64,000 nucleotides of DNA, taken from the NCBI GenBank assembly GCA_028534125.1, contig CM052838.1, positions 60,326,001-60,390,000 on the forward strand, read 5' to 3'. The translations under genes were made by a program, and so were the position numbers. A model generated the notes under the pieces. It was not told the DNA's origin and did not search any database. It worked only from the letters and a program-made list of their open reading frames with translations. Source of the stretch: Lama glama. Lineage: Eukaryota. Of this stretch, positions 1 through 11,610 are shown piece after piece (within the stretch, counting starts at the first letter, position 1; each line of letters begins with the position of its first letter).

Positions 1-1269
1 CAGCCCAGCTCCACCTCCTGCTCACGCGGGCCAGTGTCGAGGCCCAGCCCGTTTCTGTGACCTGGTGACCTCTGGACCCCACAAGATGCAGCCCTTTCAG
101 GCCTAGACCGCTTCCCTCCCCCTCAGGCCATACAGCCCAGACAGGGAAGCCGGGTGCTCAAGGCCTGAAAACAAAACGAAGCTGCCTTGAGGGAGCCTCT
201 GGGGCCCAGCGAGCACCCCCGATTCAGCCCCTGGACACTTGGGGCTCTTCCCAGATCACAGGTTCTAGAACCAAACAGCTCAGGGAGGGCGGGAAATATC
301 TGTGAGGTGGAAGGATGGCCCTGGAAGTTACTAGGAAGTCCCTGCCTTCCTGTGCCGTTTCCTCAGCTCACTCTTGCAGAGGCCACAGATGTTCCCAGAG
401 CACCCGTCCCCCTGGCAGGCTCCCCCTTGTCCACTGAAACCCAGCTTTGCGTCGTTCCCCGCAGAAGCCAGCCTGAGCCCACCGTGTGGGACCCCGCGGC
501 CCTAACCCTGCACCCACCGCCTGGCCCCGGGGCCGGCGCACAGAAGGTGCTGGTGCAGCCCAGCGGGGTGGGAAGGAAGGACCGCCTGGGTCGCCCTGGT
601 GGCTCACCTTGTGTGTCTGTGCGGCCCTGCAGTCCTGGGTGCTGTGGGTAAGAGCAGGCCGTGGTGGCCCAGAGCCCCCCACCCACCAGCGCCCCACAGG
701 CCACACTGTGGAGAACGCAGCTTCTGCACCAAAGCCCCTCCACCCCGTGGCAGGTGGCCTCTCTGAATGCAGAAGGTGTGGGAGCCGACACCAGGGGGCC
801 TCTCGGCACTCTCACACTTGGAAAACAAACATTCTGTTTCTGCGGTGAGCATTCCGGCCAGCACACACTCAGGACAGGACTTGTGAAACCACCTTGCTCT
901 CAGCTTGGCGTGAAGAGAATGCTTTGCCTGACAAAAGTCGAGGGACCTTTCCAAAGCACACAGGGCCTTGGCAGGGGGCCAAGGCCAGTGTGCTGCTGGG
1001 ATGCACGAGGTGCCTGGGGGTGGCTTCGGCACCAGGACTGGGGGCACTGAAGGTGGGCCCGAGGTCCTGGAGGGGATGGTGGGCACTGGTTTTTGACTGC
1101 CTGGAGCTGGATGCCCTAAGGGCCCCATCAGGGCACAAGGAGACGGGGCTGCAGAGCACTGGGGCCCTCTCGGCCCCATGCCAGCAGCTCTATATCTCTG
1201 TTCCAGATACTGGCTTCCAGAGAAAGGGAATGGTTTTTAAGAAATGTGCAAATTACCAACCAGCCTAAC

Positions 1270-1380
1270 AGCCTTACTTTGCAGATGGGCACACTGAGGC
1301 CAAGAGAGGGCATGAGACTTGCCCCAAATCACCCTGCTGGCCGATGTGCAACCAGACCTCTTGACTTCTGGGCCATGCTC
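1270..1380 (-). mobile_element. MIR SINE fragment
   Basis: Core tttgcagatgggcacactgaggccaagagaggg...gacttgcccc. Confidence 0.75.
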
Positions 1381-1404
1381 AAGAGAACATTTGATCCTCA
1401 GGCA

Positions 1405-1610
1405 GGATAGTGGCTTAGAAAAGGCTGGACAAGCCTGGGCTGGAATCCCAGCTCAGGTGTGTCCTCTGGAGGCCCTTGGCAAATCACGAAACTTCTGAGC
1501 CTCAGTTTCTCAATTGTACAACGAGGTTAAATAGAGCCCCAGTCACAGAATTGTCTGAAGGGTTAACTGTGTTGAGAGCACCTAGAAGGCCCAAGGAGGT
1601 GCTTGGCAAA
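1405..1610 (+). mobile_element. MIR SINE, head-to-head with the previous copy
   Basis: cctgggctggaatcccagctc...cttggcaaatcac...tctgagcctcagtttctcaattgtaca. Confidence 0.75.
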
Positions 1611-1849
1611 CCTGAGCTCCCCCTCCGCCCCCACCCACCCCGCCATGCTCAGGATCACATTGTCTGCCCGCGGCTGTCTGTGCACAGCACTCGACAGCCA
1701 CGGGGTCGGAGGGCTCGGCTTTGGGAACAGAATCTGTAGATGGTCATACCCAGCTGTCCTTTTTACCCAAAACTTGCTTTCAGGTGCAAAAGGACATACC
1801 AGCAACATGAAAGGTGAAATCTCTGGGAATAAAAACGTAAGAATTGGCA

Positions 1850-4022
1850 AAAGTGACAGGAAGAAAACCTTACAAAACACAATAGAACAGACAGAAAGAC
1901 ACCTTGTGTCGTGGATGGGAAGACTCGACCTCAAAAAGGTGTGAATTCTCCCCAAGCTAATTTGTAAGTCTAACACGATCCCAAACTGCAGTGTCAACAG
2001 CCACCCCCTCCATCTTAAGACAAGCTGATTCTCAAGTTTTTAATGGAAAAATAAACAGCTGGGATGACTCAGGAAGCCTCTGTGAAGAACAGTTCAGGGA
2101 GACCAGTCCTACCAGATGCTCAAACGTATTCTAGAACCTCGATCGTTACGAGTGTGTTACAATATGAGGACACGCGGAGACGCATGAAATAGAAAGCGAT
2201 GTTCTGAAATAGCCCTAGGTCAGCATGTGATAAAGGTGGAATCTCAAAGCAGAGAGAAAAAGATGGAATTTTCATTAGCTGGTATCAAAACAAATGGGTA
2301 GCTATATTAAAAAAGAAAAAAACCCAAGTTGGCTCTGTATTCATATCATATTCAGGATAAACTCCACATACACCAAAATACTGCAATATAAAACCATAAA
2401 AACACTAGAAGGAAACACAGGAGAATTCCTCCGTAATCTTGGGACAGAAAGGCCTTTCTAAAAGGCAAAATTCAGAGCCAATAAAAGAAATAATAAATCT
2501 GATAAAAATATATACATGTCAAAAAATGCCAAAGGTGCTGGCAGGAATGTAAAATTGTGCAGTTGCTCTGGAAAACAGACTGGCAGTTTCTCAAAATGTT
2601 GAACACAGTTATCACAGGAGCCAGCAATACCACACCTAGATAGGTATATGCCCAAGAGAAAGGAAACTCACACACCCACACAAAAACGTGCACATCAGTG
2701 AACTGTTCACAGTATCTAAAAAGTGGGGACAACCCCAATGTCCATCAGTTAGCAAATGGATAAATACAATGTGGTTTATCTGCACAAGGGAATATTTTGG
2801 GGCCATAAAAAGGAATGTAGTATTTACACATGCTACAACACCGACAAACCTTGAACAATTCATGCTGCTCAGTGCAAGAAGCCAGTCAACAACAGACCCA
2901 TGTATTGTTTGATTCCATTTGTACGAAATACCCACAACGGGCAGATCCAGAGGGACAGAAAGTAGATTAGTGGCTGCCTGAGGCTGAGGGTGGCTGAGGC
3001 TGGACGGTGACTGCCAGTGGATATGAGGTTTCTTTTGGGGGAGGATGAAAATATTCTAAAATTGATTGTGTTGATGATTACACAATTCTGCGAATATACC
3101 AAAAACCACTAAAATTCTTCACTTCAAATGGGTGAACTGTGTAGCATATAAATGACACCTCAGTAAAGCTGTTAAAGAATGCCCAAAGCAAAGGCAGAGA
3201 ACAACTTGGAAATAAGCATCTGCAACTCACAGTACAGGCAAAAACTAATCTCTCTAACACACAATCAAGAGAGAGAGCAATAACTCGATTTTTTAAAAAG
3301 GGCAAATGAATACAGCAGAGGGCATATGAATGACCTTTAACTATAAAAAGAGAGGCTCAAATGATGAGAAAAATGCAAACTAAAATGACACAGAGAAACC
3401 ATTTTTCATCTATCCGGTTGGCAAAAGCCACACGTGTGACCAGTGTCTGTTGAGGGGGCGGTGGGGAAACGGACCACCACCAGCATCCGTCGGGGTGCGC
3501 AGCTCCTTCACGTCACCTGGGCAACGTCCTCTGAGATGACAAGTCTATACAACCTGCAGCCCAGCGACCCCAGGGGCAGGATGTGCCCACAGAGGATACA
3601 CCTGCACGCCTGAAGGGCTCACCAGCAACAAAGTACACAGCCAAGAAGCCGGTCCCCAGCTCGGGGGTCCGCCGGCCGGGGCCCGGGAAAGAAAGGGGGC
3701 CACATGCACAACAGAGCCTCCCACAGTGGAAAAAAGGTGGCGGCTGCTTGGCTCTGACATGGAAACACCTCCAGGGTCTGTTATTTAAGAAAGCAAGGGG
3801 CAGAAAGCTAGATATTAGCATGCTATCTCCTGTATAAGACAGGGAAACGAAACAAGAATGACAGTTTTGTTTGCTTGTGCTCACATAAAGGAATTCTAGA
3901 AAGATCACAAGAAACAAATAAGCAGTTAACCTGAGGGCATGGGGACGGGAGCGGTGGGGACGGGACCTATCCCTGTATATTGTTTTAATTTCTGAACATG
4001 TGGATGTCCTATCAAAAAAAAA
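1850..4022 (+). mobile_element. Old LINE-1 (L1ME/L1MC-like) ORF2 3' part and 3' UTR, interrupted by a younger L1
   Basis: gaaagacaccttgtgtcgtggatgggaagactc...aattctccccaagctaatttgtaagtctaacacgatcccaa resembles L1 ORF2 [31 protein letters not shown] DNA. It resumes after 3188 and ends in an L1ME-type UTR and A tail near 4020. Confidence 0.85.
2535..3178 (+). mobile_element. L1MB-like 3' end nested in the older L1
   Basis: ggaatgtaaaattgtgcag...aatgtccatcagttagcaaatggataaatacaatgtgg...gacagaaagtagattagtggctgcc...gatgaaaatattctaaaattgattgtg...cagtaaagctgttaaa is the typical L1MB 3' UTR. Confidence 0.9.
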
Positions 4023-4059
4023 TGTGTGTGTTTATTTTAAGAGGAAGGGACACTAAGGA

Positions 4060-4930
4060 ATGAAGAAAGGGATGACTCACAGGCCAAAAAATCTTATTCA
4101 AATGGTCACTCATATTTTCAAAAAAAAGAAGTCTCTGCATCCATCTCCGTATTAAATCATTTTAATGTTTCTCCACCAAAGTTTTTGACTTTCCTTCTTC
4201 TCTATTGGCAGGAACAAGGCTTATGCATTAAAAAAAAAAAGGCACTTTGCAAAACTGTGCAGATCGAAAAAACAAAAACAAAAATCCTACTGGGTTCCCG
4301 CACTTAATAATCAAATTGTGTCTGAGTTTCACACAAGCGCAAGACGTGAAAACACTGGGAAGGGCCAACCTTGACCGGCAAATGGGCCGCACGCGTGCGG
4401 GGCATCTGCACGGGGCGGTCGCCTCGCGGGCTTCTGCGGGGCTGGTAGGGGCTCTTGCAGACGCAGGAAGGAGGGCACCCCTGGAAACCAGCTCCCTGGG
4501 CGGAGGCTGGCCTGGCGGGGGCTGGCCCACGGTGGGCAAGAAGGGGGCAACCTGTTTGTCAGAAATGGTCTGGGGGAACAGCCCCCTGGTGTCTGCAAGA
4601 GCCTCGGTGCCGAGGGAGAGTAACGACACATGCTAAGGACAGACATTCGGGCCAGGTGTCTGCAATTCTGGTGCGTGTGAACATGGAGCCCCCGTTTCCA
4701 CCTGTCATCGTATTTCTACACCTGGCGAATAGATGAGAAGCAGAGATTAAGTTCAAAGTGTCAGATTCAGCTGGATTTCCTTTCTATTTGGTGGGGGGGA
4801 GGGGGGTCGCTTCTCTCCTCCTCCACAATAAAATATAAATCATAAAGAAAGGCAGGCAAACATTGCGGAAACACAACTGACTGATTTATCTGCTCCAACA
4901 GGCCTCAGCGATGAAAACTCCAGAAGCAAA
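4060..4930. promoter_or_regulatory. Candidate conserved enhancer (Hox/Pbx/Cdx/TCF motifs)
   Basis: Repeat-free AT-rich blocks with TTAAATCA 4152, CACTTAA 4301, TTCAAAG 4752, CAATAAA 4826, ATAAATCA 4835 and TGATTTAT 4882. Confidence 0.5.
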
Positions 4931-6399
4931 GTCTCCACGTCCCTTACACACTACTGCCCCTTTCCGTTGACAAAGTGCTCCCCTCCTGCTGGAAAGGACC
5001 GCCGGGTGCCCTGGCCTCACTCCCGCCCTCTCTGGTTTGATTCCACTCCTTCCAAGCTCTACTCCTCCGGGCCCCTGCCCCTGACTTCAGGGAGGACACT
5101 GCCCGAGCAGGGCCCAGAGGCCGCCTGCACAGCTGGGGTCCGTCCCACACCAGGCTCCTTCTGGTGTCCATACCGACGTCAGTGAGGAGTGGACTTCACA
5201 GCAGTGGCCACTTAGCACGGATTCCCAGCTAACCAGCCCCTCCAGAGGGCTAGGAGAGGAAAAGAAACGCATGTTCCGTGTCTGCTGCTCAGAACCTCGG
5301 CCATCTCCCAAGACCAAATACTGGAAAATCCAAATAAAACTTGCCACAATCAGACTGAACTCCAGGCAAACCCAAGGCCAAGAGAGCCTATGCCAACCAT
5401 CTTAGGACAATCCCAGCAGCCCTCAACTCCTGGAAGCCAGTTCCCTGGCCAGTCCCAGACAGCGCCCACTCACCTCACGCTCGGCGCCCGGGGACGTAGC
5501 CAGACTGGAAGGGCAGGCTAGAGGCCCCAAGGGAGGGGACCTCTCCCCACCGACTGGACCACGTACAAGCCACCCTGATCTGCCCAGGTCCCCGAGAGGG
5601 ACACGGCAGGGCCACTGGGAAAAGGCCCCAATAGGGCCAGTACAAAATATCTGGCTGCACTCACTTCTGTGGCATCGGGGCTGGGAAGGCATTCTCCTGC
5701 CAAATCCAGAGCGGCTTCTCATTGGCTGCAAAGCCAGGCATGCCACAAGCCACAAGCCCCACTCCCTTGCTCTGTGACTTGGTCCAAGTTCAGGGGTCCA
5801 TGGGCAATGACTCCCTTAGGGAGGCACTGGGCTCACGTGGGAGAGACAGCCCTGCCTGGGGCATTAAAACCAAGTCTAGGTGCAGCTCCGGGGCTTAGGC
5901 AGACCCTGCTCCCTTTGAGGCCTCCCTCTGTCCTCTGTTCTGAGACAGGGTGGTCCCCAAGGACCTTGCAGTAGGTGGGAGACAACAGGCAAGCCCCAAG
6001 GACAGTATGGTGTCCAGGATGCCCCAGACGGAGTGTGGGCCCCTGGCTCTGGGCTCCAGTCTGCCAAGCACCAGGCATGTCCTGGGAAAGTCCTGGACCC
6101 ATGTAACAACGAGAGTTGTTGGTCCTGCATGAGGCTGCCCCGTCTTGTCTGCACACCCCACCCCGCCCACTCAGGCTCCCCGGGTGCACGAAGTTCTCCT
6201 GGAGATGCTCTCCCTCGGCCAGGATCACCCCCTCAATAAACTCTCTCTCCCGTCACAGCCCTGCCCTGCCCCACACCCGTGCGCTAACAGGCAGCATTCT
6301 GGGGGGCTCGGCCAGGGAACAAGTCTGCCCAGGGCATTTCCCTGATGCCTGGAGGCACGGGGTCGGGTGGCTAAATGAAGAGTTGAACGTGATGACCCA

Positions 6400-6560
6400 T
6401 TTGAGGTGGAATCCTGCCTCTGCCACTACGGCTGGTGTTCCCCTGGGCTCCCTATGCAACCTGTCTCTCCTTCCTCATCTGTAAAATGGAGAAATAAAAC
6501 TACCCCTGCGGGGCTGTAACGGGACTGAAATGAGATCATGAAAAGGGCCTGGCTCAGCGG
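6400..6560 (+). mobile_element. MIR SINE
   Basis: gaatcctgcctctgccact...ttcctcatctgtaaaatggagaaataa. Confidence 0.8.
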
Positions 6561-9500
6561 GATTTCCACACCACTTTGGTGTCCAGCTGCACCAAGATGG
6601 AGAGAGAGAGCTGGCGTTGCCACACGCAGCTCCGGGCAGAAGCAGCAGTGGAGAGCTGTTTACCCCACTGCTGTCCCACCGGGAAGCTGTCCGTGAGAGC
6701 AGAAGTCCCAGGCGTGCGCTGGCCCGCACTGGACACTGAGTCCTTCAGGGGCGAGGAGAGACAGCAGCCCAGCTGGGCTCGGCCAGCATGTCCCTGCGTG
6801 CCCGGGCAGGGCCGGTGGCCACGGACATGCCCGCTGGCGGCGGGTGCGGCAGGACATTCCTGGGCACATTCCGCCTCTGTGGGCTCCGTGGTCCCTCCCG
6901 CAGAGCCAGAGCTGAGTGCTAGGGACGCTGTGGGGGGCCCTGGTGCTCCTAAGCCCCGGAGGCTCCTGCAGAGACTGCCTCTCCTGAGGGCTTTATCCCA
7001 CCTAGCTGGAGGGTGGGGTGGGGGGACGCACCCTGGACTCTTGCCCACCCGGCACCTTTCCTGGGGTGGCCTGCCCTCTTAGCCATGTCACTCATGTCTC
7101 TCCAACCTAATCCCCCAGTGGCAGAGCAGGGCCTGCGTCTCAGGGTGCCTGGGTAGCTGGGTGGGAGCCTAGCAGAGGGCCAGGAGCCCTGGTTTGGAGT
7201 CCCAGTTCTGCCCAGTGTCCCACGGGTGACCTGAGGTCTCACACCCTCTCAGAGCCTGGTTCTTCCAAGCTGCAGTAAGGGACCACAGGGGACACCTGTG
7301 GGAACCAGAGGGTGCAGAAATCTAGGCGTCTGTGTGGTGCTCACAGGACTTCTCTAGACGCTTATGGCCCAGCCCAACTCCTCAGTCTCTGCTGCCCAGG
7401 GCCACCCTGGCAGGGAACCCCCAGTGCAGGGGCTCCTGGGTCGCAGGGGTGAGGGGCCCAGCATTTCCCACCAGGACCAGGCCAAACCCACCCCAGCAGG
7501 AGGTCCAGATTCCAGGCCAAGAGCAGGCACCTAGGAGACATTTTTGTAAAGACACTGGAGAGAGAGGCCAAGGAGACTGCAAAGGCACGTCCTGAGCAGC
7601 ACAGTGTGGTCTGGAACACGGTCTTTGCTACCAAACAGACACAGGAGCACAGTGTCTGCTGCTCTGAGCAATTCTGGACAAGTCATCTCTGCTCGGAGCC
7701 ATGAGGGAACCGGGATGCTGACCTCATGAGGGAGCATGTGGAAGGCCCAGCTCGCGGCCTCAGTGCCGACAGCATGCGCTTGCCTCTTGGAGGCCTGACT
7801 GCAGGCTCCGGAAGGGTTGGCCGGGGTGGGTCCCTGTTTCTTTGACTTTCCCAGGGACACACCTCAGCATAACTGTGAATTTCCTGATAGGCTTATTTTT
7901 CCCTTTTCTATTTTTTCCCTTTTGTTCATTACCATAGAAATGCTTGGCAGGATTTGCAAACACAGCACCCACATCTCGAGGCACCAGAAGCCCTTGCAGC
8001 CCAAGTCAATACACTTGAGGTGGGTGCCCAGGACCAGCGCTCAGTGAGTCCCTCACCTGCGTTATCTCACCATCTAATCCCAAGAGGCAGGCCCTGCCAG
8101 CATCTCCACGGACACGCAGAGACTGAGGTCCCACGCACGGCGGCGGTGGTGGGCCAGGCTCCACCTAGGCTGTCTGCACCAGCACGCGTCAGTCATGCCG
8201 CACCTCACTGCTGCCAGGAACCCCCGAGCCCGGGGTGGAGATCCGACCTGGTTTCTACCCCTCAAGTGCCCCCAGCTACAATGGCCCAAGGCCCTTGTGA
8301 CAACCAGGGCTCCAAGATGGCCCCGAGGAATGTGTAGGGGGTTGGGCGGCCCTAAATCACTCTCAAATCCAGACGTTTCTTCATGTAAAGAAAACCGACC
8401 CACAAGGCTGAGCTACTGTACATTCCACCCGTCTCACCCCCTGGAATCCTGCCTTGTTCCAGGAACAGAGTCAGGGCACTTCGAGGGGTACGTTCTCATG
8501 TCCCAGCAGCCGTGAGGCTCTGATAATACAAGAACTGATGTACACTAAGCATTTTCCCGGAGCTTCCCGGGCCGTCCCACTGGACCCTCACAACGCCCCC
8601 TAAGTGGGGCCGGGGGGCACTGTCGTCACTGGAGGCTCGGGAACTAGCCAAGGCCACACAAGGGGCAAGTGGGGAGGCTCTGGACCCTGGCAGTCTGACC
8701 CCGGGACCCAGTGCCCGAGTGCAGGAAGGAGAGAAAGCGGGAAAGGACGGGGGCCTCCCCAGTGCAGAACACCAGCAGGGCAACAGCCCGGCAAGAAGCC
8801 AGAGGGAGGGTGTGCCTAGGCTGACCCCACGTGGGGCCAGGCCCCCAGCCAGATGGGAGAAAGGGGCAAAGGCCATGAGTATATTACTTTTCCCTGGAGT
8901 CACCCCTGGGTGATGAATGATGTGTCAGGAGAAATGCTGAAAGCTCTGAGGAGACAAACCAACGAGACAGAACGAGAAAAACCAGCCAGTACCCGGGGAC
9001 AATGCCTTGGTGCACACAGAATTCCCAGCGTCTTCTCGAGGGTCTCAGCTTGGCCCTCGCTCCCTTCTTCCTCTTAGATGTAAATTCGTGCATGTGTGTG
9101 TGCATGCACACCACACACACAGATGCACACAGCTCCGCCACCCGGCAATCACTTCAAGATGCTGCAGTTCCTACAGTGACTGATGATCATGCAGTTTGAC
9201 TCTGACCCCTCAGTGTTGTCGTGGTCCAGACGGGGGAGATGAGCTGTGATGGAGCAGAGGTGGCAGAGGAGGTGTCCACCACCAGGAAACCAGCTTCCGG
9301 GCGTGGGGCCCAAGCCTTTGGCTTCAGACCGTCACTGACTGACCCCAAGTTAGGAAATGAGCCTACTTCTCTCTTGCGAAAATGTCCGATGATTTGGAAA
9401 AAGCACAGAACACACGGGCAAGTCCCTCACTTTCCATCTCCAAGTGGCTACTGTAATAAGGAGCTGCCAGACACTGCTGTGGCTGAAGCCCTGGTTCACC

Positions 9501-9719
9501 CAGAGCCCCAGGAGCCTTGGGAGATAAGGTTCTAAAACCCCTAGGGGAGCCACCATCATGGCCTTAGGAGAGAAGCAGACCTGGGGCCAGTCCACCCCCA
9601 AGAGACTGGGTCCCTGCCCCCTGGGCCCCAGGAAGAGGGCCCCTTCTCCGCCCTCTGTCTGCCAAGCAGACAGGCAGGTCTTATTCAGACCAGAGCTGAC
9701 ACCACATTCCCCTGACCTG

Positions 9720-9850
9720 GCTGCCTACCATGTGCACGCACCTTGCTCACTCCTCCAGAACCCTGAGGAGGCAAGTGCCAGTGCTCGTACTTTACAGATA
9801 AGGAAACCGAGGCCTCGGGAGGCTGAGGCGCCTGCCAAGGTCACCAAGTG
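9720..9850 (-). mobile_element. MIR SINE
   Basis: tttacagataaggaaaccgaggc...cctgccaaggtcac. Confidence 0.75.
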
Positions 9851-9926
9851 AGAGCGGGAGCCTCAGGCCATTCTCCATCTGAACAAAATGGCTCAGGCAT
9901 GCAAACGTGCGTGCAACATGTCTGCC

Positions 9927-9934
9927 TGCGCGCG

Positions 9935-9967
<33 letters not shown>
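9927..9967. repeat. (CG)7(CA)12 compound microsatellite
   Basis: Read directly from the sequence. Confidence 0.98.
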
Positions 9968-10629
9968 CCCACCCTGGAAACCTGGAGGGAAAATGAGCCA
10001 TGGGGCCCTACTGGCAGGTCACTACAACTGCAGCCAGGGGTTGTGCTGGGTGGGCTCGGGACACAGAGCGTCATTCTTCTCTCCCTCCGAGGACACTGAC
10101 CCTGCCTAGGCTCAGCAGCAATCTGCCGTGCAAGCAGGTCAGGGAATCTTTCTTTTTTTAGGTCAGGGGATCTTAACGAGGCTGGGACTCCAGACAAGAG
10201 GGGATGAAAGCTGGAGCCACGCATGTGGACAAATCGGCAGTGACAGGTACCCCTCTCATGCCAACGCCTCTCCTGGCTGTTGTGGCCAAAGCAGGTTAGC
10301 TTCAAGGGTGGGTGGAGGGGCAGGGTGATTCTGCTGCGACAGAAGGGCTGCCCGGCATAGCCCAGACGGTCCCAGATGCCACCCTCTCAAGGCTGGCACG
10401 TCCTCTCTGCAGGAGAACTGACCTGGTGTGGGGCCCCACCCTGGCAGACCAACAGACGAGCGCTCAGGCAGGCTTGCAGGTGTCCCCCTCAGCATGACCC
10501 CAGCCCCCTGATGCACTGTGGTCGCAAAGTCCCTGAGGGAACAAGGACCCTGAAGTCCACTGGGTCAGTACTGCCACAAACACACACAATGTACACTCAC
10601 AGAAACGTGGGACAAGGGTGGCCTTCTCT

Positions 10630-11610
10630 CTCTTTTGCACTTTAAATTAGTTCTCGCCGCACAACTAAATATGAGCCAAGAATTTTCCCCCAAATTACTC
10701 CAGCAGGGTGGGGGGGTCCAGAATAAAGCATAAAGCTCTCGGCTGAACTGCCTTTCTACTCCGTTTTCCCTCACGTTGCCCCCTCTTTAATCTCCGCCAT
10801 TGTCCCCTCTAAGTGAGACCTCATAGTGTTTCCATGAAAGCAAGAAAAATTGACATTCCTGAAGGTATTGTGGGACCTGTCGAGGCGGAATCGCTCACAT
10901 ATGCCTTTTTTCTTACTATTAGCTTGAGATGATCTTAGAGAAAGAAAAAGAGAGAGAAAGACACACACAAAACACAAACAAAAAAGTCCCTTCCTCGATG
11001 GCCGAGGAGAAAGAAAGCCACTCTCTGTCTCTCGAGAGAAAACATCAATGGTCGGAGCGCTCAGGTTAACGGAGAAGCACAGAACCGAGCACCCCACTCA
11101 CCCAGGAAAACAAGGGAGCAACTTCCAATTGATTGGGGGAAAAAAATTAATTGCAGCTTTAGAAACATCCTTTCTCTCCAGCAGGACCCTGGGGCCACGG
11201 GAGGCCTGGCGCTTTGCAGGGCTCCGGGCGGTTATCACCATTCACCGCTTGCAGGTGGCTGATCAATTTCCCAGGGTTTATCAGCGTGGCGATCGCGCCG
11301 CGCTCTTTCAGCGAGGGCTGCAGGAATCCATACAGGGCCACTTAAATCAGTCTGAAGCTGTGAAAGGCTCCATCACTCGAAGTCCGCGCCTGGCCGCCCA
11401 AACAGAGCCCCGGGAGGGCTGGCGGGCGGGCGCAGGGCCGGGAGGATGGTGCCAATTAAAAACCCAAGCTGATGGGCCTTTCTCTCCCTCGTTTTTTATT
11501 CCTACAGCTACATTGTGTCCACTGGCAGCAGATTCCAAAAGCAGGGCCGCTGCATTCACCTCCCAGGGCTTTAGAGCTGCCATTCCCAAACTAGGCTAAT
11601 TAAAAAGCCT
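10630..11610. promoter_or_regulatory. Candidate conserved enhancer with CpG-rich core
   Basis: About 1 kb without repeats; TAATCT 10788, CATTGT 10798, CCAATTGATTGG 11125, AATTAATT 11145, CACTTAAATCA 11339; CpG-dense 11220-11440. Confidence 0.55.

Noticed and set aside
1270-1610. Inverted MIR pair as a dsRNA/editing substrate (also 16150-16500)
   Set aside because: Copies are too diverged to form a long stable duplex.
1850-3200. Active reverse transcriptase/retroelement system
   Set aside because: Only heavily decayed, 5'-truncated L1 fragments with many stops.
6073-6832. p53 half-sites AGGCATGTCC and GGACATGCCC
   Set aside because: Single half-sites about 750 bp apart with no adjacent partner.
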